Positions 1-13,241 are shown, counted from the whole stretch's first letter. The stretch: 59,585 nt of DNA, filler included, from Sphacelaria rigidula (GCA_964200075.2; 10 parts of 10 records of this genome joined end to end with filler, not necessarily neighbours in it), one strand, 5' to 3'. The notes: generated by a model from the letters alone, not told the origin. Numbers and translations are program-made.

Positions 1-333
1 ATTACTCGTCGTTTTCGAGCATCCAAGGATTTTCTTAGCTGCTGCCATCTGTACAGTTTCTACCCTCTCCACCAACTTCGCGTTCCCCTCCCATACTCTC
101 CTGCATATTCCAGCTTTGGTACGATCACGTTCATCAGAATACAACTCTTGATCCTAGTGTCTAGGTGCGGGTCTCTGAGAATCACGTCCAACCTGTCTAT
201 CTGTGCCTCACCCTTTTCTATTACTTTTTTTTTCATGTGTGCATTCCAAGAACAGTTTTTTTAGATATCTACGCCAAGGCATGTATACTGGTCCACGATC
301 GGCAGCTCCTCTTCTCCCCACTTCCATTTGAAG
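1..333 (-). mobile_element. Degenerate non-LTR retrotransposon (LINE) RT C-terminal/thumb fragment
   Basis: Minus strand reads, with stops and frameshifts, FKWKWGEEELPIVDQYTCLGVDI*KNCSWNAH...LDTRIKSCILMNVIVPKLEYAGE/VWEGNAKLVERVETVQMAAAKKILGCS. These match LINE RT 'YxYLG', 'PxLEY..xVW' and 'LExVQ..AxK.ILG' motifs. Confidence 0.8.
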
Positions 334-906
334 GGCGGGGGTGCACTCATGATTATGCGTGCCATAGTCATCAGACCATTGGGAGGGGGAGGCGACTCAT
401 TGGATAAACATTACAAGAGCAGGTCGAGCGAGTGGAGTATACTCGATTGCGGGTGATTTTTCAAGTCGTACTTGAATTACACAAATTGGTGATAGGGTTT
501 CAGGGATCGCTTTCCAGTTATTTTTTGTGTGCGACTCTCAACACTCTACCCAATCTGAGTACCTCAAGTACCTCTTTCAAAATATTCCGCAATCGAGTAC
601 CGTCTACTCGACCTGCTTTTGAAACATTACAAGCCCCCTTGCGTGCGGCGTCAGAGTGCGTTTCCGCCTGTTACTTTCGTGCAGATATTTCAAGGCCTCT
701 CTCCTCTCAGCAATATCACGGGTGGTCGGCTGGCGTGCGAAAACGCCATGAGGCGATACGTTCCCTAGGAAAGCAGACGATGTCCGGAGTTGCCGAATTT
801 CACGCATGCTGAAGAACATTTGCCTATGTTTTAGTATGTATAGCCACCGCGCCCCGGTGGTGTAACTGATATACCAATGGCCAGTTAGGGCGTAAGGTTG
901 AAGGTT

Positions 907-1148
907 ACACTAGTCGGACAGATCATGATCCGTCTGGAAATGACTAGTTCTCAGTATACCGATCCGGATCATGTGGCCTTTTATATGTTTGCTCCTTACA
1001 GCGCCGGACGCTGAGCACGCCGAGTAGCGCAAAGGTTGCTCTTTGACTTTTCTGACTCAACGGTCACATATTTTGTGATTTTGGACGAACGGATTCGAGA
1101 ATCTTTGATTAGTTGTTTTAGACAGATCATGATCTGTCCGACGTGTGG
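907..1148. mobile_element. MITE family A (TIR CCACACGTCGGACA), 6-bp TSD
   Basis: Ends acactagtcggaca / tgtccgacgtgtgg; flanks AAGGTT (901-906) and AAGGCT (1149-1154); internally similar to 15362-15623. Confidence 0.75.
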
Positions 1149-2591
1149 AAGGCTAGATGATTCCGTTAGGTACGATGTTTTAGAGCAAAATCGAGTTTCC
1201 GTCGTTGCAAGCGTGAGAGTGCGAGTAAAGGAAAATATCGACGAGAGTCGACGAGGAGTGGAAGAGACCACGGTTTTGTTCTGTAGGGAACGGTTCTTTG
1301 GATACCCGGGAAATTTACCCGGGTATTACCTGTACCCAACAGTTCCGTGAGTTATGTAAGTCTTTCATGCCGCAACCATAGCTTTTTGGTACAAAATGCC
1401 CACCCTTGCCCGGGGTACGGGTATACCCTTGTAGAAATACCCGGTTGCGGGCGAGGGTTTCTGTACAAGTTCCATACCGCACCCGACAAGTTCTGTAAGT
1501 TCTGTAGTATTACGATAATGGTACCCAAATACCTCTACAAGTTTTGTAGGAAATATCGTACCCTACCAAACATATCCGTACCCTACAGAACACAACCTTG
1601 GGAGTACCGAGCCAATCCTTGATAACGAAACGTCATGCAGGTGGGTATCAGGGGGGAGATGGGTTGACCCCGTGACACAACGAAATGGGTTCCGACGAAG
1701 GGGAGGCGTTGAAAGTATGACGAGATAACAACGCGAGACTTGACTCTTCCCCCGCCGGACATGCCGCAAACACTTTGTTACCGCAGTCCCTGATGTACTT
1801 TCCCCCCCGATGCCTACTCTCTCGCCACCGCCAATGTTCATGACACCGATAGCTTCATCACCGAAAGAATCTACTTGCGATCCATCACTAGATTTGTTAC
1901 AGTACCTCGACAGGGCAGACTCTTACATCTAGAAAAAATGAAGCTTGAAAAACGAAAGCAGAGGGAACGATAACCAGAGAGTGTAACGACAGCCGGCGGC
2001 GGATCTTGCTTGTTTCAACAACTTCCGTGTTTGTTCCGAGCACATCACTCCAACACATGTATCAACAATGCCACGGCTTTTGCCGGCTTGGTCTGCCCGT
2101 GAAAATGTCCACCATGAAAAAAAAACAAGAAATATGATGCACGTCGGCATTGCGACCCAATACACCCTGACAAATTTCATGCGTTCTGTTTTCAATCCCT
2201 ATCCGCGGCGACAGGTGTGCAACGCTATTTTCGTCAGGTACCGCCCCTAAGGCCTTCCTCCGACAAAATCACGGCGGGTGCTCTGGGGGGATTGAGCTTT
2301 TCATCTGGGGAGGTTGAAAAACTTCACCCGCCTTTCTTTTCTATTTCGAGACTAACTATCATGCGAAGGATTCCAGCACAAACACAAAAGGGAGAGCTTG
2401 GACATGACCGTCACCTACCTCTGTGATCGAGAGAGGGACTTCACCCATGGCACAGAGAGTCGCTACATGTCGCCGTACGCCATTCTTCGTGAAGACAATC
2501 TCTTGTGTTGCATGTGCTGGTGCTACTTTACGTGCTGTTGAAGACGTCGGCGACGAAAAAGCAGAAGAAAACACGCGCATCCATTGCCCAC

Positions 2592-2719
2592 CTGTGGTCT
2601 GCAGTCTCAAGTTCATTTTTGGCTCGGACGGGTGCGGGACGCTGTAACCGCAGAAGTCCACCTCGGCATTTTGCATCAGCACGTGCCTCAGGGCGTTGCC
2701 CAGCGTATGGTCTTCGTCC
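2592..2719 (-). CDS. RPC19: RNA polymerase I/III subunit AC19 (RPAC2/POLR1D), exon 2
   Basis: cag|G GAC... encodes [42 protein letters not shown], then G|gtgggc. This is the diagnostic EDHTLGN...GYSVPHPSE motif of RPB11/AC19. Phase matches exon 1; the last exon was not found in this contig. Confidence 0.93.
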
Positions 2720-4017
2720 CTGGATCATGACGGCCCGGAACATGAGGCATGACGACAAGAGGGTGGTGCGAAATTATGAGAAGGGCGGCTGAGCACACAG
2801 TGCAGTCCGTGCGGTGTTTGCTGTCGATTGCAACGTTTTGGCACTACACTTGTTGGAGCACTAGCCTGAGGAAATGAGTGCGAGCCTAGCCCTTTTGATA
2901 ACCAATGCCTTCCGTTCTTGAAAATCCGGCCCCTGACAGTCCCGCCAGGTTGTGGGGGATGCGTAGATAGCCCTTGGCAGGCCGCAAGGGCGCTGAAACC
3001 ATTGCTATTGCTATATTTACTTGTTCACACGGCTAAGCGGACGGGTCTGTGGGGCATTTTCCCAACTACATGTTGTGAAAATGGAAAAGCTGAACGAGGT
3101 CGCCCTGCCTCCTCCAACTCTCACCACCACGAGCTCCCGGTTGGGTAGCGGAGGCTTAGGAGGGGGACGCGTTCATAGAGCGGTCTCAGGCGCGTTGCTT
3201 GTGTGAGTGTGTCAAGTTGTTGTGCATGTCCTGCTCAGTGGATGGTGGGGTTCGGGGGAAGGGGTCGGGGGCTTTCCGCAAACTTCAAGACACAAAATCA
3301 AGTACCCCCCGCCCACACCCACACGCGCTGCCTACAGTACATATACTCCCACCATACAGGATACCCCGTTCAGCGGTGCAGCAACAGATGCGTATGTTGA
3401 CTGCATGCATGTGTCACTCTTGGGAAGATCACGACTGCCGTGCTTTACACGTGAAGTTGATGCCCCGAGACGGGAATGCCGCTGGCCGCGGCCTATGGGC
3501 GAATATCTCCGACACGGGCATACGCGTGGCAAAAAAACGCCACGGCTCCTTCTTCGCAGGCGTCATTTCTCCACCAAAAACAATCATTCCCCACACTCGG
3601 CGAAATGAGGAGACAAAACCAACCGACCGTTATGGTGCACGACCCTTCAGGCGTTAACCCGTTGGACGAGAGATGACATGAATGACGTCTGTATCGACTA
3701 CTGGAAGGAATGCGAAAATACAGCTGCTTCGGTTGAGCGGTACTATGTGATATTCAGGGGTTGGAACCGCGAAATGTTATCAATTTGCCGTTATTTCGGG
3801 GTGGTGCGAGCAGAGAGGAGCCGCTACGCTTATAACGTTGACATTACCGGCGTTGATGGTCAGCCGTAAAAAATCGCTCCGAAAGGTGGCCTCGGGCCCG
3901 AAGGGTTCAAAAACCTTGAACCGACAACCCACCAACAACCAATCGCGGGCATGGCTCTTGAACCACACCAGTCGTGCTAAAGCAGAAAACACCGGCGAAA
4001 CGAAAAAAAACACACAC

Positions 4018-4109
4018 CCGAAGACGAAAGTCGCTGATGATGGTGAGGATCCCTCCTTCACAGCGAATATGACGTCCGCTTTGGACGGCCGGGTTTCGTT
4101 CACAGACAT
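4018..4109 (-). CDS. RPC19: RNA polymerase I/III subunit AC19, exon 1
   Basis: ATG at 4109, MSVNETRPSKADVIFAVKEGSSPSSATFVF+GG|gtgtgt. A phase-2 junction with exon 2 gives [14 protein letters not shown]. Confidence 0.85.
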
Positions 4110-5869
4110 GGCTTCGTCCTGTTATGCACGGCGAATGAAGGCAAAAATGGCGCATGGTCGCGGTGAGGCACACTTGGATATTTCAGGCGATTTCCAGGTG
4201 TACATATTTGAGGGCGGAAATACAATCTGAGTGCGCTGAATCCGGTCTTTCGATTGGGCGACGCAGACAGGAAGAGAGTGGAATATACATACCTGAAACC
4301 GTAGAGGGAAAATGTGTTTACGTAAGTCCGTGGATACGGAGACCGGCAGCCGGCTTGTCGCAATTGAACTTTCGAGGGTTTCCCCCACCCAGGCTCTAGG
4401 TAAAAACTCTCACCCTAACCCGGACTATTACATACCCTATGCGACTTGGCGTTGGGAGCATCGGATATGCGGGCGGGCAGCGAGGGCAATTGCGTCATTG
4501 GGGCCCCGCGCACCCGACTTGGGTGGAAAAAGAAGTACCGATTGTCGCGCATCCCGGGACAACGACCTGGAAATGACCCGAAAAAGCCCAGATAAACCTG
4601 AGCACCACCCATCGGGTTTTGATTACCATGAGTAGTGGTACTGAAAAACCGTTAGCACGCTGGGGTTGTTATTCACCATCACAGGAGGCTTATAGCGAAG
4701 TGGGCCCACCCCGGGTCGCCTCCCAACTAACCACAAGTGACACATTTAAAAAATAATACTAACCCTGACCTTAACCCCAAACTACACCGAGAACCCTCGG
4801 ACAAGGGGGGTGTAATGGGTATGCTCCGCAAAATGTATAGGCAGACCTCAAACCGGCGCCGATTTTGACAACAACAACAAAAAAGCCTTCTGCGCACGCT
4901 ACAAACTACAGCGACGTAATGCCAATGAGTCTCGAATATAATAAGGCAAGGCTCACTTCCCACAGATAGGGGTAACTCAAAGCGAATCAAAAGATTTTTG
5001 CGCGAAGCGCGATCATGGCCGAGCTGTTGAAAATCGGCACAGGGCCCACAGATAGGGGCAAGAATTTGACCGGAGCGATTTTTCGACCGATCAGAGCCCC
5101 TCAAGATACCCAAATGCGGCGACCTTTGTTTAATCCTTTTGGGTCCGACGCCCCACTAACACAGGGTTGACCCTGTGGTAGTGAGTTAATCAAAAATAAG
5201 TCTTCGGGGGACCCCAATCACGACGAGGCGAAATTCATCGACCAGACCCGAACGACCAGCGCGGGGATTGTTGGCGAGTGTAATGCCACTGCAAAGATAG
5301 TGTGGGGCCCTATCCCTGGACCAGATAACCCTTCCCAGGTTTCCAAGTGCAGGGCGGTCGGAACTTGGTTTTATGATATAACTTGCACTCAGTACGGCGT
5401 TCCCGAGTTTTCCGGTGGTTTTCTTCATCACAATTTCATACTAAAACGTAGTAATTACACCAACACAGGGTGGAGCGGAAAAAACGGGAAGGAGAACATG
5501 CTACAAGGTGGTCATTTTCACGAGAACGAAAGGAGCTACCGTCATGAACTCGGCTTATCCCTCTGCCGATGACTTGCAGTGTGCAGTCCACATGTATGTA
5601 GTGGGCGGGGATGCAGAAGCGGTATATAGGCAGTTGATCTTGGTAGCTGAGAACTGCCCAGAATTTGCAAGGGAGTATGCAGCGGCAGCTGCTGCTGCAG
5701 TCGGAGAGGCGTACTACGCTGTACTGTACTATACATACTGTTGTATGCATACGCGCCGCAACGCTGATACCCTTCGAAGAGAATTTGCCGCATGCAACGA
5801 AGAGGGAAATGGCGGCCCGCCCCGACCACAAAGGGCTGTGTGGCAAGGTGATGGGGACAAGTGTATCAT

Positions 5870-5969
5870 NNNNNNNNNNNNNNNNNNNNNNNNNNNNNNN
5901 NNNNNNNNNNNNNTTAATTAATTAANNNNNNNNNNNNNNNNNNNNNNNNNNNNNNNNNNNNNNNNNNNN
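5870..5969. other. Artificial contig-joining spacer (44N-TTAATTAATTAA-44N); identical spacers at 11839-11938, 17808-17907, 23777-23876, 29746-29845, 35714-35813, 41682-41781, 47650-47749, 53618-53717
   Basis: Identical 100-nt structure nine times; the 12-mer gives stops in all six frames; intervening pieces are 5869 or 5868 nt (size-sorted contigs). Confidence 0.98.
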
Positions 5970-6372
5970 ATTATAAGAAGCGGCCTAATGCATCTGCTAG
6001 TAATATATTATTTTTCGTTCAAGAACTAATGTGCGCCATATCGCGAGATAGATAACGAATTAGGTGTAGGTTAGGGTATCTATCGTCTCCCCATGCCCCA
6101 GGAAATGTCCAAACCAAAAATCGTCGTCACCCGCTGAATGTGTCGATCGGGGTTTCATTTAGATCTTACTGTGGACGCTATCTCCGTCAGGTACAAGAAT
6201 TACTAGACATGGGGTTTAATCAACGAGAAAATATAGGCCCAGATTTTTGAGCAGATGGGCACCTTCTCCTTGATTGGACGATTTATACGATATGCGGATC
6301 ATGGCCAAACTCGTCCATGTCGACAAGATATTGCTTTGAGAGCTTGAATCCGTTTCTAGGCTGGCCCAGCTC
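5970..6372 (-). mobile_element. Terminal fragment of the GAGCTGGGCCAGC-ended (Sola-like) non-autonomous DNA transposon
   Basis: Reverse complement aligns by eye over ~400 nt with 39890-40280 and ends in ggctggcccagctc at 6372. Confidence 0.75.
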
Positions 6373-6808
6373 TTGTAGTACTTCAACTTTTGGACGCGGG
6401 CATCAGTCACTATATATCTTCTTTTTTTTTCTAACCATTATCGGACTGCTAGGGTGATCAATCTGGATCATGCACACTTTTTTCAGGTGAAATTGATGCC
6501 GATTTTACAAGTGACCTACCGTCGAAGGGTTGAGGCGCAACACTGACCGTTGTGATGTTTCAAATGTTAACCCTTTCGTGTGTGTGTGTGCCATCAGGTA
6601 ATTACAACGGTCCACGATCCCTGCAGCCAATGCGCAGGAATAACAAGAGTATCAGGGTAGATAAAGGTGTTGTTGGATGCTGCGGAATTCCGATTGCAGG
6701 AGACAAGACATGCGGAATATTATACACGCAAGGATAGGGGTGAGCGTGGGAAACCGCACCACGCGTGTATGTAAACGTGAATGTTGAATGTCGCTGCTTG
6801 GGATGGAC

Positions 6809-6810
<2 letters not shown>

Positions 6811-6855
<45 letters not shown>

Positions 6856-7115
6856 GTCATCTTATCTATTCTGGATATCAATCCACACACTTTTGATACA
6901 TGTGGGCGTATCAGCCCGGGTCAGACGAGCGGAAGGTCAACACGAGAGTTCGTTACTCTTTTCATGTAGTTTTAGAACTGCACCTTCCTTCTGCGGTGCT
7001 TGCCTCATTTTCATCGCGGTAAGGGTTTAGCGCTCCCTTGCCCTCGTCGACCGTGAAGTCGGACTTCGTGTACCCACGACATAGTCGCTCTCCACTACAG
7101 CGCACGATATGAGAA
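6811..7115 (-). mobile_element. SINE family 1 copy, 5'-truncated, with (CA)n tail (6811-6854)
   Basis: Homologous to 12297-12685 (gtgtacccacgacat.gtcgctctccact; ctattctgg; ccttccttctgcggtgcttg). Confidence 0.8.
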
Positions 7116-8429
7116 GGGCCTCACTGGTCCGAGTACACCAGTCAGTAGTTTAAGGATGCCTTGAAAATAGGTACTGTATGTGCACCTCCCCCCAAATCGG
7201 AGGCCCTGAAAATTCTCAAAGGCTCACCCGGGGAAAAATCCAGGGTCGCGCTTTTTGGCCTCAAGCACTGGGATGAGCCTGTATTGTGTGTGTGTGTACG
7301 TGTGTTGCCATGTGCTGTGCTGTAGTACTACTGTGCTGTGGTACTGTTGCAGCACTAGAGAATCGCGAAGCGCATGTGCCATGAAGCGTGCGTAGGCAAG
7401 CGAAACGAGGATGGTTGATTAGCGAGCAGAGTCAGCAACCACAAGGCACTGCCTCGTAATTGTTGAAGGCTGAAGGCAAAGAGTTTGGCACAGCTACAGC
7501 TACGAGCGCCGACTCAATCCAATAGTCAAGAACGGAAGTAACCACGGACACGCACGACCCAGACCCACGTCACGACCTCAACAGAAATTTCCACCACGGC
7601 AATAAAAACACAATGTTCACCACCCCAAAAAACAACAATTTCCAATCTCAAAACGACATACTCTTAATAATACAACCCGACACGGAAGAAGAATACAGAG
7701 CGGGTGAGCTTTTCACAACCTAAAACGATCGCAGAGAACTGGGGCGCCTACCACGCCGACGGCTGTCTTGTTCGGTAAATGTGGTGAGGATCGTTTACGT
7801 TTCGGAGTACTCTGAGAGTATGATACCTTCTTGTCTCAAGAAGAGGTAGCTTGGAGATTGCCGACCCGCGGGTGTTATACCCCGTACTACGGGAAAGAGT
7901 GCAACCCGGTTGTTGAGCGATTACATGCTGCACACCATTGTAGCAGTCGCAAGTTACGCACCTTGTCTCGCTGCTGCTGCCTGCAATTGTTGGAGCCATT
8001 GGCGGAGACCTCAGCGATTCGGTGCCTTCCACATGTGATCCATCCTGCGCCATATCAAACAACACAGGCTGACGGCTAGTGCTCTCGCTAGCCGGGGGTT
8101 TCGGGGTACAGCAGTAGTAGTGCGCTGCCAACGCCCCAAAACCCTGCCGCAACAGTACAACAGTAATAATAGTTGTTTCTTTATTTGCTCAACAAACTGG
8201 AACAGAATAGAAACATGTATATTTTTCTTTATCATGCCTTCGATATCGGTAGGTCCCGTCGCCCGCCATCTCACACCTTAATTCAAACTATTAATAATAC
8301 CACCCTCTCTCTCATTTTTGGAATATAACGATGGATCGAATCAGCACTGCATTATTCCTTCCCCCTTCCTTGCCAATCCTTGAAAATTGCGCTCTGATAT
8401 TTCCGCCTGTATCTTGTTTAAGGAGTTGC

Positions 8430-8802
8430 TGTGTTGTGTGTTTTCGTCCCATCTATTCTGGGCGCCGGTCTACACCTTTCGGTATATGTGGGCGTACCAG
8501 CTGGGGTCACACAGGAGAAAAACTGAAAAGTCAACACAGGAGATTTTTCTTTTTTCTTTGTTTTTTGTACCCCACCTTCCTCCTGTGCTGCAAGTGCTTG
8601 CCATTATTTTTTTTATCGCCAGCGGGGTTTAGCAGTCCCATTCTCTCGTCGACCGTTAAGTCGAATTTTGTGTACCCACGACATTGTCGCTCTCCACTGT
8701 TGAGCATTGTGTGAGAAAAAATCTCAGATCGCTCCGAAAATTGAACCCACGACCCAACCGTCACAAGGTTTCGAGGTTACCAAACTGAGCGGGGCCACCG
8801 GC
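8430..8802 (-). mobile_element. SINE family 1, near full-length
   Basis: Reverse complement begins gccggtggccccgctcagtttggtaacctcgaaacc...gggttcaa (degenerate A/B boxes), followed by the shared body and a CA-rich tail. Confidence 0.85.
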
Positions 8803-10806
8803 AACGAGTGCTCTCGACAGAATACATTGAGGAACAACGCAGTGACCGCGCAGTGAAGGGTGAAAGATAGCGGCGAGAACGACTAAGAGGTGGCGATTGA
8901 TATTTCGGGAGTCGCCACAGGTCGGAAACCAAGTAAGTAATCGATACAAGAATCCTGTTTATTCTCGGTTCATATTTCAGTCATGTCCCGAGCACCCGGT
9001 AGATCTTCGTACGACACCACAGCGTGATGGGAGCCCGGACGAAGTGTCCACCCGAACGAGAAAAGATCATGGATCACGACAAAAAGCCATTGTTGGAAAA
9101 TACTTTTAGATAAAAGGTTCAACTTTAATTAACCAAATATGAAGACTTATAATAGGGCGGTCGCTCTCACAGAAATCACAGGCAGGGGTGGGTATTGGGA
9201 CGATACAGGCCGTGAGGCCACTGTGAGGGGGCTGCATTGGTTTTCACATCGTAGGTGAGGTTCTTCAATGAATTCATGTATGCCCTAAGTGCTTCGCTGT
9301 CGACGCTTCTCTCTCTACTTGACCACCGCAAACCACCAGCTCTTACACAACAGCCAGCGTGTCTCCCAACAGCCAACAGCAGACGATTAGGACCCAACCG
9401 GCGCAGGGCACTAAACTGGTGACCTCCTCGTGAGTGCTCCTGGGTAATACAGTAATGCTATGGCTGCGATATCCAGCCCTCCTACCAAACGTGGTTGTCA
9501 TATCTAGTTGATGGTGATCATAGCCCTTTTATGTGTTCGTTCTCCCCTTGCCTTCTCGACGCCCTCTTTTACTCTCTGCCCTCTGGACAAGTCTTACGTT
9601 TTGCTGCGCGATTCTTTTCACGGCCCCTTTTTTAACGACTGAATAATTCCAGGATATTTGACCTTCTGAACGAGAGCGCTGCCCATATACTTACGGACTG
9701 GCAACAGCTTGTTCAGCAGTAATGCCTGTTTTTACGAAGAAGTCATTTGCAGTCCAAAAGTTGGGTAATCTGTTGGCCTTTTGAGGTTGGTTGGCCGCTG
9801 AACTTTTTTGAGTTGCACTACTGTTGTACCATACCGCACGGTAGTGTACCTACCGTCCGAGTACTCTCTTGTGCTTCATCTCCACCCTACTACTGTCGTC
9901 GAGTTCGGTACTGTTGCTCCACCTGTATTTTCAGGTGCAAAAATCCTCCGTCATGAAAGAAGAGGATAGTGTGCGCGCCATCAAATGAGTTACACGGGCA
10001 GTCAGTGACCGGAAGGATTGTGTAGAGACAATGTACGAACCAGAGTGCCCCACGAGCTGCACAGCCATACTTGATTGATGGCAGTCAGTCTGTTTGCTCA
10101 CGGGATCGGAACTACGGCACAGTTGCTTTTTCAGTAAGCAGCCCGCGACTACTGCGGTACGTGACGAGGTGGTTGGCCTCTTCAACATGCCCCCGTTTGC
10201 CCCTTGTTTGTCCACCATAATCTTGAACTGGAAACGCGAAGGAAAAATCATGGCTGACTCTCGGCTGACTGGCAATGTTTTTTTCACGCTTCAGTACCAT
10301 CGGGTGCCTCTGCGAGTACAGGGCCCGGCGCCATGTCACACTCTCGTGCTTTATGTGTAACTTGCTGGCCATTCCCGGTAACCAGGCGGTGCCAGGGTAC
10401 TGAACATTTCGCGCCCATGAACCAGAAGCAATTGGCCGTTGACAGTAGCGTCGTTTCTGCGTGAGCGTGATTCCTGGCCTCTGCTCATCATCGTACTCGC
10501 AGCACTCCTGGCTGTCTCGCCCTTCTACAGGCGGGCGCTGTGCCCGTGGCACGCGTCACTGCCGTCACCGGCACACAGAAAACCATTTTCAAGTCCCTGC
10601 GCCGATAATGCGCATCTCTAGATGGAGGTGTCCCTCGAAACGACACCACATCTTTTGCGACGGCCCTGTGGTGAACATACCCCCGACCGTACGAAGCGTC
10701 CGAGCATACCGAATTATTGCACGACCATTTTGCATTTGTATCATCCCTCGCGCCTGCGGTTTAACTGTTCCGAGTAGCTGGCAGTGTTGCGACTCTTCCG
10801 TTTTTA

Positions 10807-10946
10807 CCATACCCTCGAGAAGAGAATACACGGTCAAAAAATGTACTGCGTACAGTATCGACTATTGTGCCTGTTGCAACAGACAAAAGCTTTTGCACTG
10901 TATGCGATACATTTTTTGACAAAAAAATATTCTGCCCAGGGTGTTT
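10807..10946. mobile_element. MITE family B (degenerate copy)
   Basis: Internal sequence cacggtcaaaaaatgtactgcgtacagtatcgac...tacattttttgaca matches 21977-22118; TIRs are eroded. Confidence 0.65.
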
Positions 10947-11248
10947 TTTTCCTGTTTTTGGTCGACTCACTCACGAGATTCGCCCCCGAAATAGGTTTTA
11001 TTTTTCCTGTGGTTTCCTTGGATCAAAATCAAGCACCCGCCCGGGTCGAAGACCTCCAGGAAGGCCGGTCCACTTTCGTGGGTATCTTGCAAACTGACGA
11101 CATCCGGGCGACAGAATGTTGTGCGTTCACTCATTCCTTCTAGTAATGGTCAACTACGTTAATGGTAGCCTCGCGGGCTCGCACCCTGCGTTGCTATACC
11201 GCAAGGGAGAGACGGCTATGTACATTGCTCCAACGAAACACTACGGGA

Positions 11249-11500
11249 TTTTTTTTCTTCACACTTTGAACCCCTGCCCTTCCCCGGGATGAGTCCGTGG
11301 TCGCAAGGGATCAACCCATCTCTCCCCCGGTACATGTCTGTTATTTTGGTCTTGCGGATTGGGTCAGCACTACCGCACCGCGTCAACTCACGTCACACAA
11401 ACCCAGCCGACTGCTTCGTTTACTCATGTTCTCACGCTTTCCACGGTGAAACGTACGCTGATCTATACAGCAACGTTGGAGTCCAGACTTGACCCCTGCG
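11249..11500 (-). mobile_element. SINE family 2 copy
   Basis: Reverse complement matches 34390-34612 (ttgacgcggtgcgg, ccaatccgc.agaccaaaat, ttgatcccttg.gaccacg); A-rich tail. Confidence 0.75.
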
Positions 11501-12296
11501 CATGCCTAGCAGCCTTCTCTTATCGGACGATTGCAACAGTCGGTACAGTAGCGTTCAACATGCCGTGACCCTACGCAAAACCGTGACTTGCGGAGAACGG
11601 GGCGTCGCTATCAATATTGTGGCCTTGTCTTCGTCAACATTTACAAATAATCTACACTTTTGGAGGAAATTTCAAGTAAAACGTACTCGTAGGTAGCGGG
11701 GCGATTTTGTGGAAGGTGTGTGTGAGAGGGAAGGGGGGGGGGGGGGGGGGTTCGCAAAGTCGCTTTCGGCCCCCGGCATGTTGCCATTACTCCCGATCCT
11801 CACCTCCCCCCTCTAACCCCCGGGTTGCCAGCGGGTTTNNNNNNNNNNNNNNNNNNNNNNNNNNNNNNNNNNNNNNNNNNNNTTAATTAATTAANNNNNN
11901 NNNNNNNNNNNNNNNNNNNNNNNNNNNNNNNNNNNNNNGGCGCTTTAAGCAGCCTGAGTCCAAACATCAGGCGCTGTATGGCCATTTTTTCGTGACACTT
12001 TTGGGCTGGTTTTGGGGGGGGGGGGGGGGTATTGTAGAAAGTGTCAAGTACCAGAACCAGGTGGGTTCCGACCCACCCACTAAGGTGCGATGCCCTCAAC
12101 ATGGCACGCTCAGAATCATCTGTCATGACTCCGACCCACTTTACTATATTTTGAGTAGATGCTCTATGAATTTCAGCATCGTGCAGGGTCTCATCATAAT
12201 GCAGCTATATACATTGTTGACTATCCACCTTATTTCCTACTTGCATATATCCAGGATCAACCTCAAAAAAGCGGTATGATTCACCGAGCTACACCA

Positions 12297-12685
12297 GCCG
12301 GTCATCACGGTGGCTCAGTTGGTAACTTCGTAAACTTTTAAAGGTTGGATCGGGGGTTCGAATCTCGGAGCGATCTGGGAACTTTTCTCACACTGTGCCC
12401 AACAGTGGAGAACGACGATGTCGTGGGTACACAAAATTCGACTCAAGAATCGACGAGGGAAAAAGACTGCTGAACCCCTCTTGCGATTAAAAATAAAGGC
12501 AAGCACTGCAAAAGAAAGGCGGAGACCTGAAACAAAAAACAGAGAGAAAACTCTCGTGCTATTTCTCCTGTGTGACCCCGGACTGGTGCGCCCACATATA
12601 CCGAAAGGTGTGGACCGGCGTCCAGAACGAATGGGACGATAACATACACACACACTCACACTCACACTCACATACACGCACACAC
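12297..12685 (+). mobile_element. SINE family 1, full-length, tRNA-derived head
   Basis: Pol III A-box TGGCTCAGTTGG (12311-12322) and B-box GGTTCGAATCT (12355-12365), ~300-nt body shared by five copies in five places, (CA)n tail abutting the kinase splice donor. Confidence 0.88.
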
Positions 12686-12873
12686 CTGAGCGAAGCTTGG
12701 TCGCGCGTCGGATGTCTGGTGCCAGCAGGACCGGATCAACGCGGCGAGCGCCGGCGGCGCATCATGAGGAAGCTGGGGACGCAGCCCCTGGCGCGCCACG
12801 GCAAACGCCGCTTGAATGGGGGTCAAATCCTCGAACGGTTGTTTGCTTGTCAAAACCTCCCATAGGACGACCC
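12686..12873 (-). CDS. Tyrosine-kinase-like (Raf-like/MAP3K) protein kinase exon, subdomains IX-XI
   Basis: aag|GG GTC... encodes GVVLWEVLTSKQPFEDLTPIQAAFAVARQGLRPQLPHDAPPALAALIRSCWHQTSDARPSFAQ|gtgtgt; CW...RPSF is typical of TKL kinases. Confidence 0.92.
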
Positions 12874-13241
12874 CTTGAAAAAACACGCACACATATAGGA
12901 GCACACACACGAGTATAAGAGAGTTGCACAGCATCAAGACATTAACGCATGCACGCAGTGGGATGAGAGGGGGCAGGAGATGGTCTGAGGTTCACTGTGT
13001 TCTCGTTACTCGACAACATCCGGCCGACGGCGGGCCGCCGCCGTCGAGCAGAAATGGGGGAGTGGAGAGTGGAGTTCATTCGAGGAGCTGGGATGCGCGT
13101 GGTCGATAGAACGGATTCGCATGAAAAGTGCAGAAAAAGTTCCTGAAACGATGTGGTGGTCACGCTGCCTGTGAGCGGGTGCGGTGCGTGAGGGTCGCGT
13201 GATCTGCGGGTCTACTCGTCATGAAAAACAACAAAACTTAC

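Noticed and set aside
4755..4785. Telomere-like ctaaccctgaccttaacccc
   Set aside because: Only 2-3 degenerate units, internal to the contig.
5185..5869. Open frames of ~110-130 codons (plus strand) upstream of RPC19
   Set aside because: No recognisable motif or convincing splice structure; may belong to a repeat, so no gene call is supportable.
11285..11320. GATGAGTCCGTG resembling a hammerhead core in SINE2
   Set aside because: Preceded by GG rather than CT, no downstream GAAA, and antisense to the SINE.
12297..12375. tRNA gene
   Set aside because: A and B boxes are present but there is no acceptor stem or cloverleaf, and it continues into a repeated body and tail; it is a SINE head.
12570..12640. 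HDV-like or hammerhead ribozyme at the SINE1 3' end (CGAATGGGAC; GTCC..GGGACGAAA)
   Set aside because: CGAATGGGAC occurs in one copy only (others read TAGATGGGAC or TAGATAAGAC), no P1/P3 pseudoknot partners were found, and no CTGAnGA core precedes the stem.
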